This document shows, one piece after another, positions 1 to 11,614 of a stretch of 64,000 nt of DNA (position 1 is the stretch's first letter; every line of letters starts with the position of its first letter). Both the position numbers and the translations under genes were made by a program. Origin of the DNA: Eledone cirrhosa (taxonomy: Eukaryota); the NCBI GenBank assembly GCA_964016885.1, contig OZ024746.1, positions 58,838,001-58,902,000 on the forward strand, written 5' to 3'. Below the pieces are notes generated by a model that saw only the letters and a list, made by a program, of their open reading frames with translations, did no database searches and was not told the DNA's origin.

Positions 1-86
1 GCTGAGCTCAAGCCGTTTCGACGGCTAATTCTGGACTAAATGAAAATTTATCCTGGTATTTAAATAGCCGATCTTCTCAAGGGGTA
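1..86 (-). ncRNA. Type I hammerhead ribozyme, U3-A8 core, extended stem II (cut by window edge)
   Basis: Minus strand: TACCCC-TTGAGAA-GATCGGCTA...TAGCCGTC-GAA-ACGGC-TTGAGCTCA-GC[edge]; homologous fragment at 37743-37761 (GAGCTCAGCCGTC|GGGGTA) supplies stem III 3' strand, GUC site and stem I partner. Confidence 0.75.
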
Positions 87-1173
87 ATTCCATATATGGT
101 CAAAGTGATTGTCAAAAATCAGTAGTAATTCTGTGGTTGCAAATTAGTAGGGGAGATGGTGGCTAAACCTGCCAGTAGGAGAAAGAGGGGAGGGGGTGGA
201 GTAGACCCAATCAAGCGTTGGTAGTGCCAGCTACAGCTGGGCATGAGGTCAAAGAAGATACAGGGGAGGGGGAGGGGGAGGAAGTCGGAACGGTAGGTAG
301 AACAATGGGGGGTAGAAATAGGAAAGAAAAAATACTGAGAGTGAAGAAAAGCAAATAAGTGTAAAGAAAAAAGTAAAGTAAATTAAATTCTACGACCTAG
401 GTGTCAGGCTATTGTTAGGCGAGAATAAAATAAAGAAAGAAAGAAGTAAATAAATAAATAAATAAATAAATAAGGAAATAAGTAAGAGAACTAGGTGGGA
501 CGGATAAGGCAAGGACCCTTTTAAGAGGTATAAGTACGTAAATGATACGGTGACGGGTCAACAAAAGGGGCCAAAATACTAAAGAGACTACCACGAAATA
601 AACAATAAAGGTTTCCATCCCGGGCCAGCAACGACCCAGTGCAGCAAAGTGAACTTGTACGAGATAATAATTCTGAGTCCCGAGAAAAATATATACTAAT
701 GCTAACTCTAAAAGATCTAAAACAAGCTACATGAAAGTTCGTACGAAATAAAGGTAGAATACGGAGAAATAAATTCAGAATCCACCCCGCCCAGAAGAAA
801 AGCGAAGCAAGAAATACTGAAACGAAAAAATAAGGCATGTGCCACTAAGAAATATAGAGGGCACAGAGAATAGTGGGAGCGGTCGGAAAAAGGGGGAAAA
901 TATCCGGGGTCTAAGCCAACTGCTATAAAGGGCGGAGTCCGCCAAATCTATCAAAGACTAGGGGAGGGGGGGTGGGGGTACTAAGGCTACATGGGGCCAA
1001 AGGGCAGCCTCGGGTGGGCGAGAAAAGACGCCGACAAAGGAGAAGAGCTGGGGTAGAAGGACAAAGGAGAGAGGGGGGAAGGAAATAAAGGAAGCGATAA
1101 AAGAATACAAAGAAGATCTTACGTCTTCCTTGGCAAGCAGGGGTTACCCATTGCAAAATCGGCAACTGGGGTG

Positions 1174-1504
1174 TTATAGCCCTAGTCTACCCCCCCCCCC
1201 CGGGTCATTATGGGGTTTGAGGGCGAGGTAAGTCCTACGCAATCTATGTTTACATGCAGTAACCAGTTCATCTTTCTTGTTTAGGAGTTGGTCCGTCGAA
1301 AACAGCATTTGTAAAGTTTCCTCCGAGCATAAATTGCACGGACGGCGTCCTCCCGTGTAAGAATTGGCTCTGGACAGTAATCTCCAAGTGAGATCATAGG
1401 TGAATTTGTTGTCCTTGAGGTCCCATGTGTGGCCCGAAAGTGTAGTGGCGTGACGCCGGGCCGGGTTTCGGAAGGTATGTCTATGTTGGTATAGCCTAAC
1501 TTTA

Positions 1505-1509
<5 letters not shown>
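1174..1509 (-). pseudogene. PLE GIY-YIG endonuclease C-terminal fragment
   Basis: RLYQH..TF...TTLS.H.W.LKD...W.LL.RA..Y....CNLC.EE...LLNKKDELVTACKHR, collinear with ORF 19244-19834. Confidence 0.75.
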
Positions 1510-1540
<31 letters not shown>

Positions 1541-1767
1541 TAAAGTTAGTCCTTCATCAGTGATTTTCCAACCTTCATTGGTATGTCATCGCTTTAAAGA
1601 CCATATACCTCCGGTTGGTGCGAGCAACGGCTAAAGAAAGTCGTTGGGACACGTAAATAAGGGGAACGAGCGAGACTGTAAACAATCAAAGATGGTAATG
1701 CAACGAAATGTGAGGAAGAAGGAGTCAAGTCCCAGAATTCTAGGAATATAAGTTCTGTGAAATCGTG

Positions 1768-1770
<3 letters not shown>

Positions 1771-1863
<93 letters not shown>

Positions 1864-1876
1864 AGAGAGAGAGAGA
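1771..1876. repeat. (GA)n microsatellite
   Basis: Direct reading. Confidence 0.98.
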
Positions 1877-1886
1877 TAATAGATAT

Positions 1887-1960
1887 CTTTCTTTATTTGC
1901 CACAAGGATGTACAAGGGATATTACAAGACGTCAAAGCGGGGGTTTTACATAAAACTCGT
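1887..1960 (-). mobile_element. 3'-end stub of a Tx1-like LINE
   Basis: Minus strand ends TGTGGCAAATAAAGAAAG|ATATC, matching the 3' termini of the two long elements. Confidence 0.6.
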
Positions 1961-1974
1961 ATAAACATTAATTA

Positions 1975-2168
1975 ATTGTTTCTACTTTAGGCACAAGGCC
2001 AGAAAATTACCCAATGCATTACTGGTACTTTATTTTATCGACCCCGTAAGGATAAAAGTATAAACATTAATTAATTGTTTCTACTTTTGGCACAAGGCCA
2101 GCACATAACCAGTACATTACTGGTATTTTATTTTATCGACCAGGTAAGGATGAAACGCAAAGTTAACC
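1975..2168 (-). mobile_element. Two tandem truncated SINE copies (core and tail)
   Basis: Each matches the TTTCTACTTTTGGCACAAGGCCAG...TACTGGTACTTTATTTTATCGACCCCGTAAGGAT consensus seen throughout the window. Confidence 0.85.
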
Positions 2169-2602
2169 ATTAATTATTATGTAAGGCAAAGTTAAACATT
2201 AATTAATAACAATAAAACATATAGGAAAAGATTAACAACCAAAATCCCCAACAGGGGGGAACGTTACTGCGAAAATGTTTTACACCCCGTAGAACACCCC
2301 TCAACTCCAGTAGCACGCGTTTTGTAGGTGTAGATAGCTAGATAGATAGATAGATAGATATATTTCTTTATTAGCCACAGGGGCACAAAAGAAGGGGGAA
2401 AATACAAAGGGGGAAGTTTACATACAATAAAAACGTGTAAAATGTTATCACAAATGGAATTTAAAAAAGTTAGTCGATTTTCCCCAATAGAGGGAGACAG
2501 TTTATATGGGTAACACATACCCCCCAAAAAAAATGTTCAACACTCATCTCCAGACGTACGAAGAGTTTGTACTCCTTTCCTCTCCTCCTCCTTTTCCTCA
2601 AC

Positions 2603-5600
2603 CTACAGGCTGATATAGAGAGAAGGCCCATTCACTCGGGCCATTCTCGCCACTTTCACCCACCTTTCATAAAACTTGCTGGGGTACAGCACCTCTCTCT
2701 CCATCCTGATTCTTCTTCCAAAGTGGTATTTGAAAAAAGAATCAGTTGTTGGCCGGAGAGAAAGGTGTCTGACCTCAGCCCTCTCAACCTTGTCCACCAT
2801 ACAACCTCTTTCGCCATAGCTATCACACAAAGGAAAACCGCCTCTCCTTCGTTTTTGAAGCAGGGTGGTGGTTTGATCATGACAATGGACTCGGTGGTCA
2901 ACTGGATTGGTCCCACCCGCGACAATAGTCGTTCTACATAGCCCCACAGGTCAGTAACGCCCGGGCAGTGTATGAATGTGTGCGCGACGGTTTCTTCGTC
3001 TCGCACGCACCTCGGACAGATCTTTTTTGCAGGGTCCCTGCCCGGGCGCCCATGTCTGTAGAGCTTGTCTCGAACTGGTAGGGCTCCTCGGTAGCACTGC
3101 CAGGCCAGGGACTTTTGGAAGTTGTCCATCGGTCCCGGGCGGAAGGTCCTACCGAACAGACTGGCCAGTTCATCTTCCTCTACGCCTAGAGTTTCACCGA
3201 GCGCGTCGTCGCACTTGCTGCGGACCAACCCTCTATAGAATGACGAAGTGGAGTCTTCACTGATCGCCGAGTCCGCCTGCCAGAGGGCTGTGAGCGCCTG
3301 AGCACATTCGATGTGCCAGTCGCCCATTTTCCTCGGTCTTTGCTTGACCCAGGACTGCAGCTCGGTCAGCGAGACGAGTCGTGGGAAGGCTCGCCTCACG
3401 AACGGGGCCCACACCGGTTGTCCGGTGAGGAATACGTAGAGATGCCGCAGCCTGAGCGCGTGTTTGCGCATCGTCAACCACGTCATCCCCAGCCCTCCGT
3501 TAGAAGGGTGTTGGCAGCAGATGGATCTTCTCACCAAAGGAGCCCGCCTCTTCCAAAGGAATCGGAAGAGCGCGCGCTCCATTTTGGCGAGCGTTTTGGC
3601 TGGACAAGGCATGACGGTCAAGCGGTAATAGATGGCGGACGCTATAAAAGTGTTCGCCACCTCCGCTCGACCTTTCAAGGATAGTTTGCACTCGGCCCAC
3701 TTCTGGGTGAGTGCAAACACCTTGGCCGTCACTTCGTTCCAGTTCTTCTCCACCTGGAGGTCCGGACCAAACCAGACCCCGAGCAGCTTTACCGGTCCTC
3801 CCGTCCAGCGTCCGACGACGCCATCGGAAGGCATCGGTTTGCCTCTCCACAATCCGAATTGCAAACCGATGGACTTGTCCCGGTTCAGCTTCGCTCCTGT
3901 GAGACTTTCGTATTCCTTCAGTAAGGTGCCGACTTCCTCGATTTGCGAGGCGCTCGACACCATTACTGGTTCCAGAGGGATGCCCTGCAATAGCTCCAGC
4001 TTCCGCAGTAGTGGCTCGAGAGTCAGTACGTACAGAAGGGAGGAGAGAGGGCATCCCTGTCGAATGGATCGCGTAATATGGAACGGCTCCGAGAGGTAGC
4101 CGTTCACCTTGACCCTTGAGCAGATGTTGCTGTTGTGCATTGCAGCAATCCAGCCCTGAGCACGGGTTCGAAGCCTGCCGCCTCGAGCACCGCATCCAGG
4201 TAACGATGGTCAAGCCTATCGAAAGCCTTAGACTGATCCAAGTTGATCAGGGCCCCACCGAAGCCGGGTTTACACCCTACCCTCTCTATGATGTATCGCA
4301 TGAGGTGGAGGTTGTCGTGTATGGACCTGGTCGGGATTGCGCATGTCTGCGCTTCTCCCACCAGGTTCTCGACGACAAGCGCCAGCCTCTTTGCCAACAC
4401 CTTGGCCAAAATCTGTAACTCTGTGTTTAGCAGAGTTATGGGCCGGAAGTTGTCTATGTCATCCCCCTTATTCTCGTCCTTCCTGATTAGTGTGACCACG
4501 CCCCTGGTTACAGAACTGGGAATTCTCCCGTTCTGTTGCCAGTTGCAGTAGACTGCTTCCAGGAGACCGGAGAATAAGTCCGGCATTGCTACGTAAAATT
4601 CGTAGAGTAGACCGTCGAGACCTGGAGATTTGCGTTTGCCGCATTGGCTCAGCGCGTCCCCTATCTCAGTGGCTGAAATCGTCTTTTCGCAGAACTTTGC
4701 CTCGCCGTCCGAGAGTCGCGGTAAGCCGTCGAGGTATGGACCGAAATCCATAGCCTCTCCCGGTGCGCCGCCGCCCCCAAACAGCTGATCAAAGTGCCGC
4801 TGAAAAGCCGCACACATCTGCTTCGGCTCACGTATCACGCGTCCGTTTTGGTCCTTCAAAGACCGAATCGTGGACTGGTTGCCACTTTTTGCCTCCGTCA
4901 CTCGGGCCCAGCTAACAGCTTTGGCTCCCTCGTTTCCCAGAGCACGTATTTTGCTTCTGACAACGCAGCCCTCCTGCTTTGCGTCGAAGAACTGGTCCAA
5001 GGCCGTTCTCGTTGCTAGCACGCTGGCTACGTTGCCACTTCTAATTGCCTCTTCTACTTTATCTACCAGTTCCTTCTCGGTTCTATTTCTATCTAACGCT
5101 AATTCTTTACTAAAAACTATCGAGTCTAATCTAACTGCCCGCTTGAGAGAGTACCACCATCTGTTGTTGACAATGGACCCTGTCAAGTGCTGTTTAACTA
5201 AAGTGCTAATCCGTCTACTGTAGGCTTTGCTTGTCGGTAACGACAAGTTCAGCTTCCAGTAGCCGGGTCCTTATCTATGGGTTCTATCAAGGTTGGCCAT
5301 GCAGGTCACTAGTTCGTGATCTGAATAGGCAACCATGAACATTTGTGGACAGTTTAACATGTCCCTATCCTTATTTCTAACTAGAACCCTATCTAGGTAC
5401 GATCTAGATGTTCCGCTACGATTACTCCACGTCCACAGTGGCGCAGTCGGAAAATCTAGTCGATATCTATCGGCCAGGTCAAATCGGTCGATTAACTGTT
5501 TGAGGCTGTTACATCCCCCTTTATCGGGACAAGTTCCCACATAGTCCCAACGTGCATCTAGGATTCCATTCCAGTCCCCCACTAAAAGCAAGGAGCGGGA

Positions 5601-5996
5601 CGTTCCCAGAAAAGTCTCTAGACGTTTGAAGAAGTCTGGCCGCGGTGTCCCGGATGGGGCATATGCGGCCACCAGCCTGAAGGCTCCACCTTCACTACCG
5701 TCAACGTCTAGGACCACCAGTCGACCCTCCGGGTCCAGATGTACCGTCTGTGTTACGAGGCCCAGGTGTTTCCGCAGCAAAACGGCAACTCCGCCCCCAC
5801 CCCCCGGTTGACAGAGAGATGCGTAGATCTCAAAGTCATCGAAGATGGGGGCCAGCTGTCGCTCGCCGTGGATCCTGGACTCGCAAATGGCTACCACATC
5901 CATACTGTGCGACCTGAGGTCGTTTAAGAGTTTGCCCTGTTTCCAGGGCATCCCCAGGCCGCGTACGTTCACACATCCAACTCTTATATTGGCCAT
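2603..5996 (-). pseudogene. Tx1 A ORF2: AP endonuclease, reverse transcriptase, C-terminal Cys/His finger (disrupted)
   Basis: NVRGL, GDWN, SYLDR, SDH (APE); NFRPITLLN, DQSKAFD, QGCPLS (RT); CPRC...H...C; stop at 5271-5273 (Gln codon in element B) and frameshifts near 4140 and 2735. Confidence 0.92.
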
Positions 5997-6028
5997 GTTG
6001 GTGCTGAAAGTTAAAAGAGGAAAAGAGA

Positions 6029-7945
6029 TCACTCACCCTTCGCCTCCTGGGGACCAGGCCGCACGATTTCCATGGGGGTGTTGGAGGGGTTGTCTGGATG
6101 GGTGGTGGTTTCCGGCGGGGTGGGGACGCAGATGTTTGGTGGGGTGGGGTCTGGTGGGATGGGGGTGTCTGTGGTGGGGAGGCATTTGAGAAGGACGCGG
6201 TTGAGTGGTTTCACGCAAGAATTCCCCACATCCTTCTCAAATGTTTCTTTTAGGGACCTATAAGTTTGTATAGGGACCCTAATCAGTTTTAGGTTCAGTT
6301 TTTTGCTATTTTTAATAGAGTGGGCGAAAGTTTTCCCTTCGGTTTTCACCGAAGGGTCATTCGTGATGGTCTCCATTAGTGTTTTGTTTTCAGTGTTTAT
6401 GTAAGTGTAAGTGTAATTTTCTTGTCTTGTGTTTGTTTTTGTCTGTAGTTCTTGTGTGTGCTTTCGTTTTGTTGTAGGTATTTTGTTTTCAGGAGGTGGG
6501 AGTTTGGTTTGTGATGTTTTTGTTGTTTGTGTTGGTGGTTGTATGTTTGTGGTAGTGTTTGCTGGTTTTTTGCTTTTGTGATGTCTTTTCTTTCTTTTCG
6601 AGCAATGGGGTTCTCCCTCGTCTTCACTGGGTGATGGCGAGATAGCCTCATATGTTGTATCGTCTGTGTGATTGGGAAGGGGTATGTCTTGGGGAGCTGT
6701 TGTGTCTGTATGTGATTTTGCAGTGGTTTTAGGTGGAGTGGGGTTGGGTGGGACTGTGTTTGTTGTGGTTATTTTTGTGTGTTGGTGTAGTTGTTGTTGT
6801 GGTGGTGTTGGTGGTTGTGTTGTTTTGATGGGTGTCGGCAGAAGAGCCTTTTTTTGGTTCATTAATTTAGGACAGGAAGCCCTCAGGTGACCCCTGCTAA
6901 AGCAATGGTAACATGAAGGCCGCCTACCCTCAACGGAAAAGTTTATGTAGGTGAGTCCGTCCAGGAGTACACGCTGTGGGATCATAGCTATTCGCTCTGG
7001 GCTCATTTGCACCAGAACTTCAATGCTAGTCCCATTGAATACATCTCTGGGGGACTTTCCTACTGACAGTATTCTATCTTCATCAAAATTGATGAAGCCG
7101 CACAGTATCCACCATATGTTCACCTTTGGTGTGACACTCGTGATTCTGATCTTTTGTGTCCTTTTTCCCATGTATGTAGGGAAAAAGGTGTACAGGTTGG
7201 ATACAATTGGCGACACAGAGAAATTTTGGGCCGTCAATTGATCCTTCATGAGTACCGAAATACTCCCAAAAAGTTTTCTTCTTTGAATGAATGCAATATC
7301 ATTCATTGAATTTTTGAAAACCAGTTCAATTTCTTTCTGTGATAATTGGACTGGTTTTCGGGTAGAATTGGAAACTGTCCTAAAAACTATCGTTTTGAGG
7401 GCAGTTTCCTTGCGAATTTCTACCGGAGAATTGATGCTGAAAGCACCATTTTTTTTTAAAGTGACATATCTCTTAGCGTCCTTTTAAAGTTGTTCAGCAT
7501 TTGTTATGTCGAGATATATCAATTCTTCTTTCTTTTGAACTTTCTCTGCAAAGGAGATTTTTGGTTTCTTTGTGGAATCCGTATTGGTGGTATTGTCATT
7601 ATTGTTGTTAGTGTTGTTGTTATTCTTGTTGTCACCGATGTTGATAGTATTCGTCTTTTCCTTGGTGTTGTTGTTGTCTTTGGTGCTGGTGTTATTGGTG
7701 TTGTCTTTATTTTTTTCTTTGTTTTTGTTATCATTGTTGCTTTTATCATCATTATTGGTGTTGCTGTTATTTTTGTTGTCATTGAACTGTTTGGTGTCAT
7801 TTGTGTTGTTTGGATATGAATTCGTGTTTACATTTTCATTTTGTCTTTCCATCTCTATAGTATCTAGTGAAGAAGACGTTGTTGACTGCGAGCTTTGTAG
7901 TCTTACCGCCTCTCCACCACCATTATCGTTGGACGCTGCGTTCAT
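6029..7945 (-). pseudogene. Tx1 A ORF1 (gag-like, zinc knuckle), one in-frame stop
   Basis: ORFs 7484-7945 and 6029-7306 are in the same frame; CYHCFSRGHLRASC knuckle; low-complexity N/T/P tracts. Confidence 0.85.
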
Positions 7946-8162
7946 AACGTAATCAAAATTTTACAATATTTTTTCCAAGATTCGATGGAAAAAATTTTTT
8001 TAATTGGATATTCCGCCCCTATAGGGGCGAAAATGAGTTGACCCACCACCTGAAGGTTCAGACGGGGGGTCAAGTTACACAATGATATAAAATTTAACTA
8101 AAAACTCACGTTTTTTTCTTACATAAATTAACGGAAACTTCTCCACGAAGTTACACACGTCT

Positions 8163-8271
<109 letters not shown>

Positions 8272-8528
8272 CTTTCTTTTTATTTGCCACCAGGGCATCA
8301 AAAAGTGGGACAAGTACAATGGGGGAGTTTACATAAAAAGGCGTCCTCACTAAGGAGGAGGCAATAACATTATAAAATATAAAATATAACAAAAATAAAT
8401 TGAAAAACAAAATCCTCAATAGGGAGGAGGCGCCTTGGGGGGTCGCAGACACCCCCGAAAAAAGTGTGCAACCCTTCTCCTCAGGAGCACAGAGAGAGGG
8501 TGCTCCCATGATCTTTCATCTTTCTCAC

Positions 8529-11500
8529 CTACAGTCTGATGTAGAGTGAAGGCCCATTCACACAGGCCATTCTCCCCACTTTCACCCATCTTTCATAGAA
8601 ACGGATGGGGTACAGCACCTCTCTCTCCATCCTGATCCTTCTTCCGAAATGATATCGGAAGAAACGGACCAGTTGTTGGCCAGAGAGAAAGGTGTCTGAC
8701 CTCAGTCCTTTCAGACGCGTCCACCATACAACCTCTTTCGCCCTGGCTACTACGCACAGAAACACCGCCTCTCCTTCGTTTTTGAAGAGGGGAGGCGGCT
8801 TGATCGTTACAATAGACTCGGTGGTCAACCGGATCGGTCCCACCCTTGACAGCAGTTGTTCGACATAGCCCCACAGATCGGCAATGCCCGAGCAGTGTAC
8901 CAATGCGTGTGCAACGGTTTCCTCGTTGCACACGTATCTGGGACAGATCTTTTTGAGGGGTCCCTACCCGGGCGCCCGTGTCTGTAGAGCCTTTCTCGAA
9001 CGGGCAGAGCCCCTCGGTAGCACTGCCAGGCCAGGGATCTCTGGAAGTTATCCATGGGTCCTGGGCTGAATGTCCTACCGAACAAGTTGGCCAGTTCGTC
9101 TTCGTCCATGCCTAGTGCTTCTCCGAGGGCGTCGTCGCACCTGCTAACCACCAGCCCTCTATAGAATGACGAGGTGGATTCTCCACTGACAGCCGGGTCC
9201 GCCTGCCAGAGAGGCGTGAGCGCCTGGGCATACTCGGTGTGCCAGGCGCCCAGTTTTCTCGGTCTTTGCTTGACCCAGGATTGCAGTTCGGTGAGCAAGA
9301 CGAGTCTGGGAAAGGCTCGCCTCACAAACGGGGCCCACAACGGTTGACCAGTGAGGAATACCTGGAGGTGCCGTAGCCTTAATGCGTGTTTACGTATCAT
9401 TAGCCACGGCATCCCGAGCAACTTCACCGGGCCCTCTGTCCAGCGCCCGACGACGCTATCGGAGGGCATCGATCTGCCCCTCCACGTGCCGAGTTGCAGA
9501 CCGATCGACTTGTCCCGGTTCAGCTTAGCCCCTGTAAACCTTTCGTACTCCTCCAGTAAGGTGCCGATCGCTCCGATTTACTGTTACGTCATCGGCGTAG
9601 GCCGACACCGCTTTCCGCAATCCCGGTTCCAACGGGATGCCCTGCAACAACTCCAACTTCCGCAACAGTGGCTCTAGAGTCATTACATACAGAAGGGAGG
9701 AGAGAGGGCACCCTTGTCCGAGAGGTAGCCGTTCACCTTGACCCTAGAGCAGATGCGGCTGCTGTGCATGGCATTGATCCAGCCCCTAAAAACGGGTCCG
9801 AAGTCTGCCGCCGCTAGCACCGCATCCAGGTAACCATGGTCGCCCCTATCGAACGCCTTAGATTGATCCAAGTTGATCAGGGCCCCACCAAAGCCGGGTT
9901 CGTTCCCAACCCTCCCTATGATGTATCGCATGAGGTGGAGGTTGTCGTGAATGGACCTGGACGGGATAGCACATGTCTGCGCATCTCCCACCAGGTTGCC
10001 CACGACAAGCGCCAACCTCTTTGCTAGCACCTTGGCCAAAATCTGTAACTCTGTATTTAGCAGAGTTATGGGCCTGAAATTATTTATTCGTCCCCCTTGT
10101 TCTCGTCCTTCCTCACTAGCGTGACTACGCCCTAGTTCACAGCACAGGAATTCTCCCATTCTGTTGCCAGTTGCAGTAGACCGCCTCGAGGAGATCGGGG
10201 AACAAGTCCGGCATAGCTAGATATTATTCGTATGGAAGACCATCGAGACCCGGAGATTTGCGTTTGCCGCATTGGCTCAGCACATCCTCTATCTCAGCGG
10301 CTGAAATCGGCTCCTCGCAGGACTTCGCCTCCCTGTCCGAAAGACGCGGCAGGCCGTCGAGGTATGGACCGAAGTCCACTTCCCCAACCGGCTCCCCGCC
10401 CCTTCCGAACAATCTGGCAAGTGCTTTTGAAAAGCCTCGCACATCTGCTTAGGTTCAAGGATCACCCGTCCATCCTGGTCTCGCAAAGACCGGATAGTGG
10501 ATCTACTCCCTCTTTTGGCTTCTGTCACGCGGGCCCAGCTAACAGCTTTGGTCCCCTCGTTTCCCAGAGCACGTATTTTGCTTCGGACGATGCAGCCTTC
10601 GTGTTTCGCGTCGAAGAACTGGCCCAGGGCCGTTCTTGACACTAGCACTCTGGCCATGTCGCCGCTTCTAATTGCCTCTTCTACACTATCTACCAACTCC
10701 CTTTCCTTCCTATTTCTATTTGAGGCTAACTCCTTACTAAATTTTATAGAGACTACTCTAATCTCTCTTTTGAGAGATCCCCACCACCTGCTGTTGACGA
10801 TGGCGCCCGTCAACCGCTCCTTAACTAAAGTGCTAACCCTATAAGCCTTACTTGCCGGTAAGGACAAGTTGAGCTTCCAGTAACCGGGTCCCTGTCTATG
10901 CGTTCTGTCAAGTTTGACCATGCAGATCACTAACTTGTGGTCTGAATAGCCAAACATGCGCATTTTTGGACAACTTAAAAAGTGCTTATCCTTATTTCTA
11001 ACTAAGAACCTATCTAGGTACGACCTAGATGATCCGCTGCGGTTTGCCCAAGTCCAGGTTGGCGCAGTCGGAAAATCTAGTTGATATCTATCGGCCAGGT
11101 CAAATCGACCGATTAACCCTTTGAGGCTATTACACCCCTCTCTATTGGGACAGGCCCCTACGTAGTCCCAACGTGCATCTAGGATACCATTCCAGTCCCC
11201 CACTAATAGCAAGAAAACTCTCCAGACGATGGAAGAAGTCCGGCCGCATTGACCCGAAAGGGCCGTAGACGGCTACCAACCTAAACGCTCCGCCTTCACC
11301 ACTGCCAAGGTCCAGAACCACTAATCGACCCTCCGGGTCCAAATGTACCGTCTGTGTTGCGAGACCCAGATGTTTTTTCAGCAGAACGACAACCCCACCC
11401 CCACCTCCGGGCTGACAGAGAGATTCGTGCATCTCAAAGTCACCAAAGATGGAAGCCAGCTGTCGCATGTTGCTGATCCGGGCCTCGCAAATAACCATCA

Positions 11501-11599
11501 CATCTATACGTTGTGACCTGAGGTCATTTAGCAGCATGCTTGCTTCCAATTTGAAACCAGGCCACGCGCATTTAGACAGCTTACCCTTAGCATAGCCAT
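8529..11599 (-). pseudogene. Tx1 B ORF2 (APE-RT-zinc finger), frameshifted with internal deletions
   Basis: MAMLRVSCLNARG start, GDWN, SDH, NFRPITLLN, DQSKAFD; KLLG|MPWL junction marks a deletion relative to A. Confidence 0.9.
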
Positions 11600-11614
11600 C
11601 TTGGTGGTGAAGAG

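Larger units (their letters stand above)
1..1509 (-). mobile_element. 5'-truncated Penelope-like element (GIY-YIG C-terminus, long 3' region, hammerhead); runs off the window start
   Basis: ORF 1174-1509 reads like a PLE endonuclease C-terminus; hammerhead motif at 1-86 on the same strand; 5' truncation at the (TA)n tract at ~1508-1537. Confidence 0.75.
2361..8162 (-). mobile_element. Tx1-clade (L1 group) non-LTR retrotransposon A, near full length, in (TATC)n
   Basis: ORF1 with CCHC knuckle plus ORF2 APE-RT-zinc finger; both junctions abut (GATA)n tracts. Confidence 0.92.
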
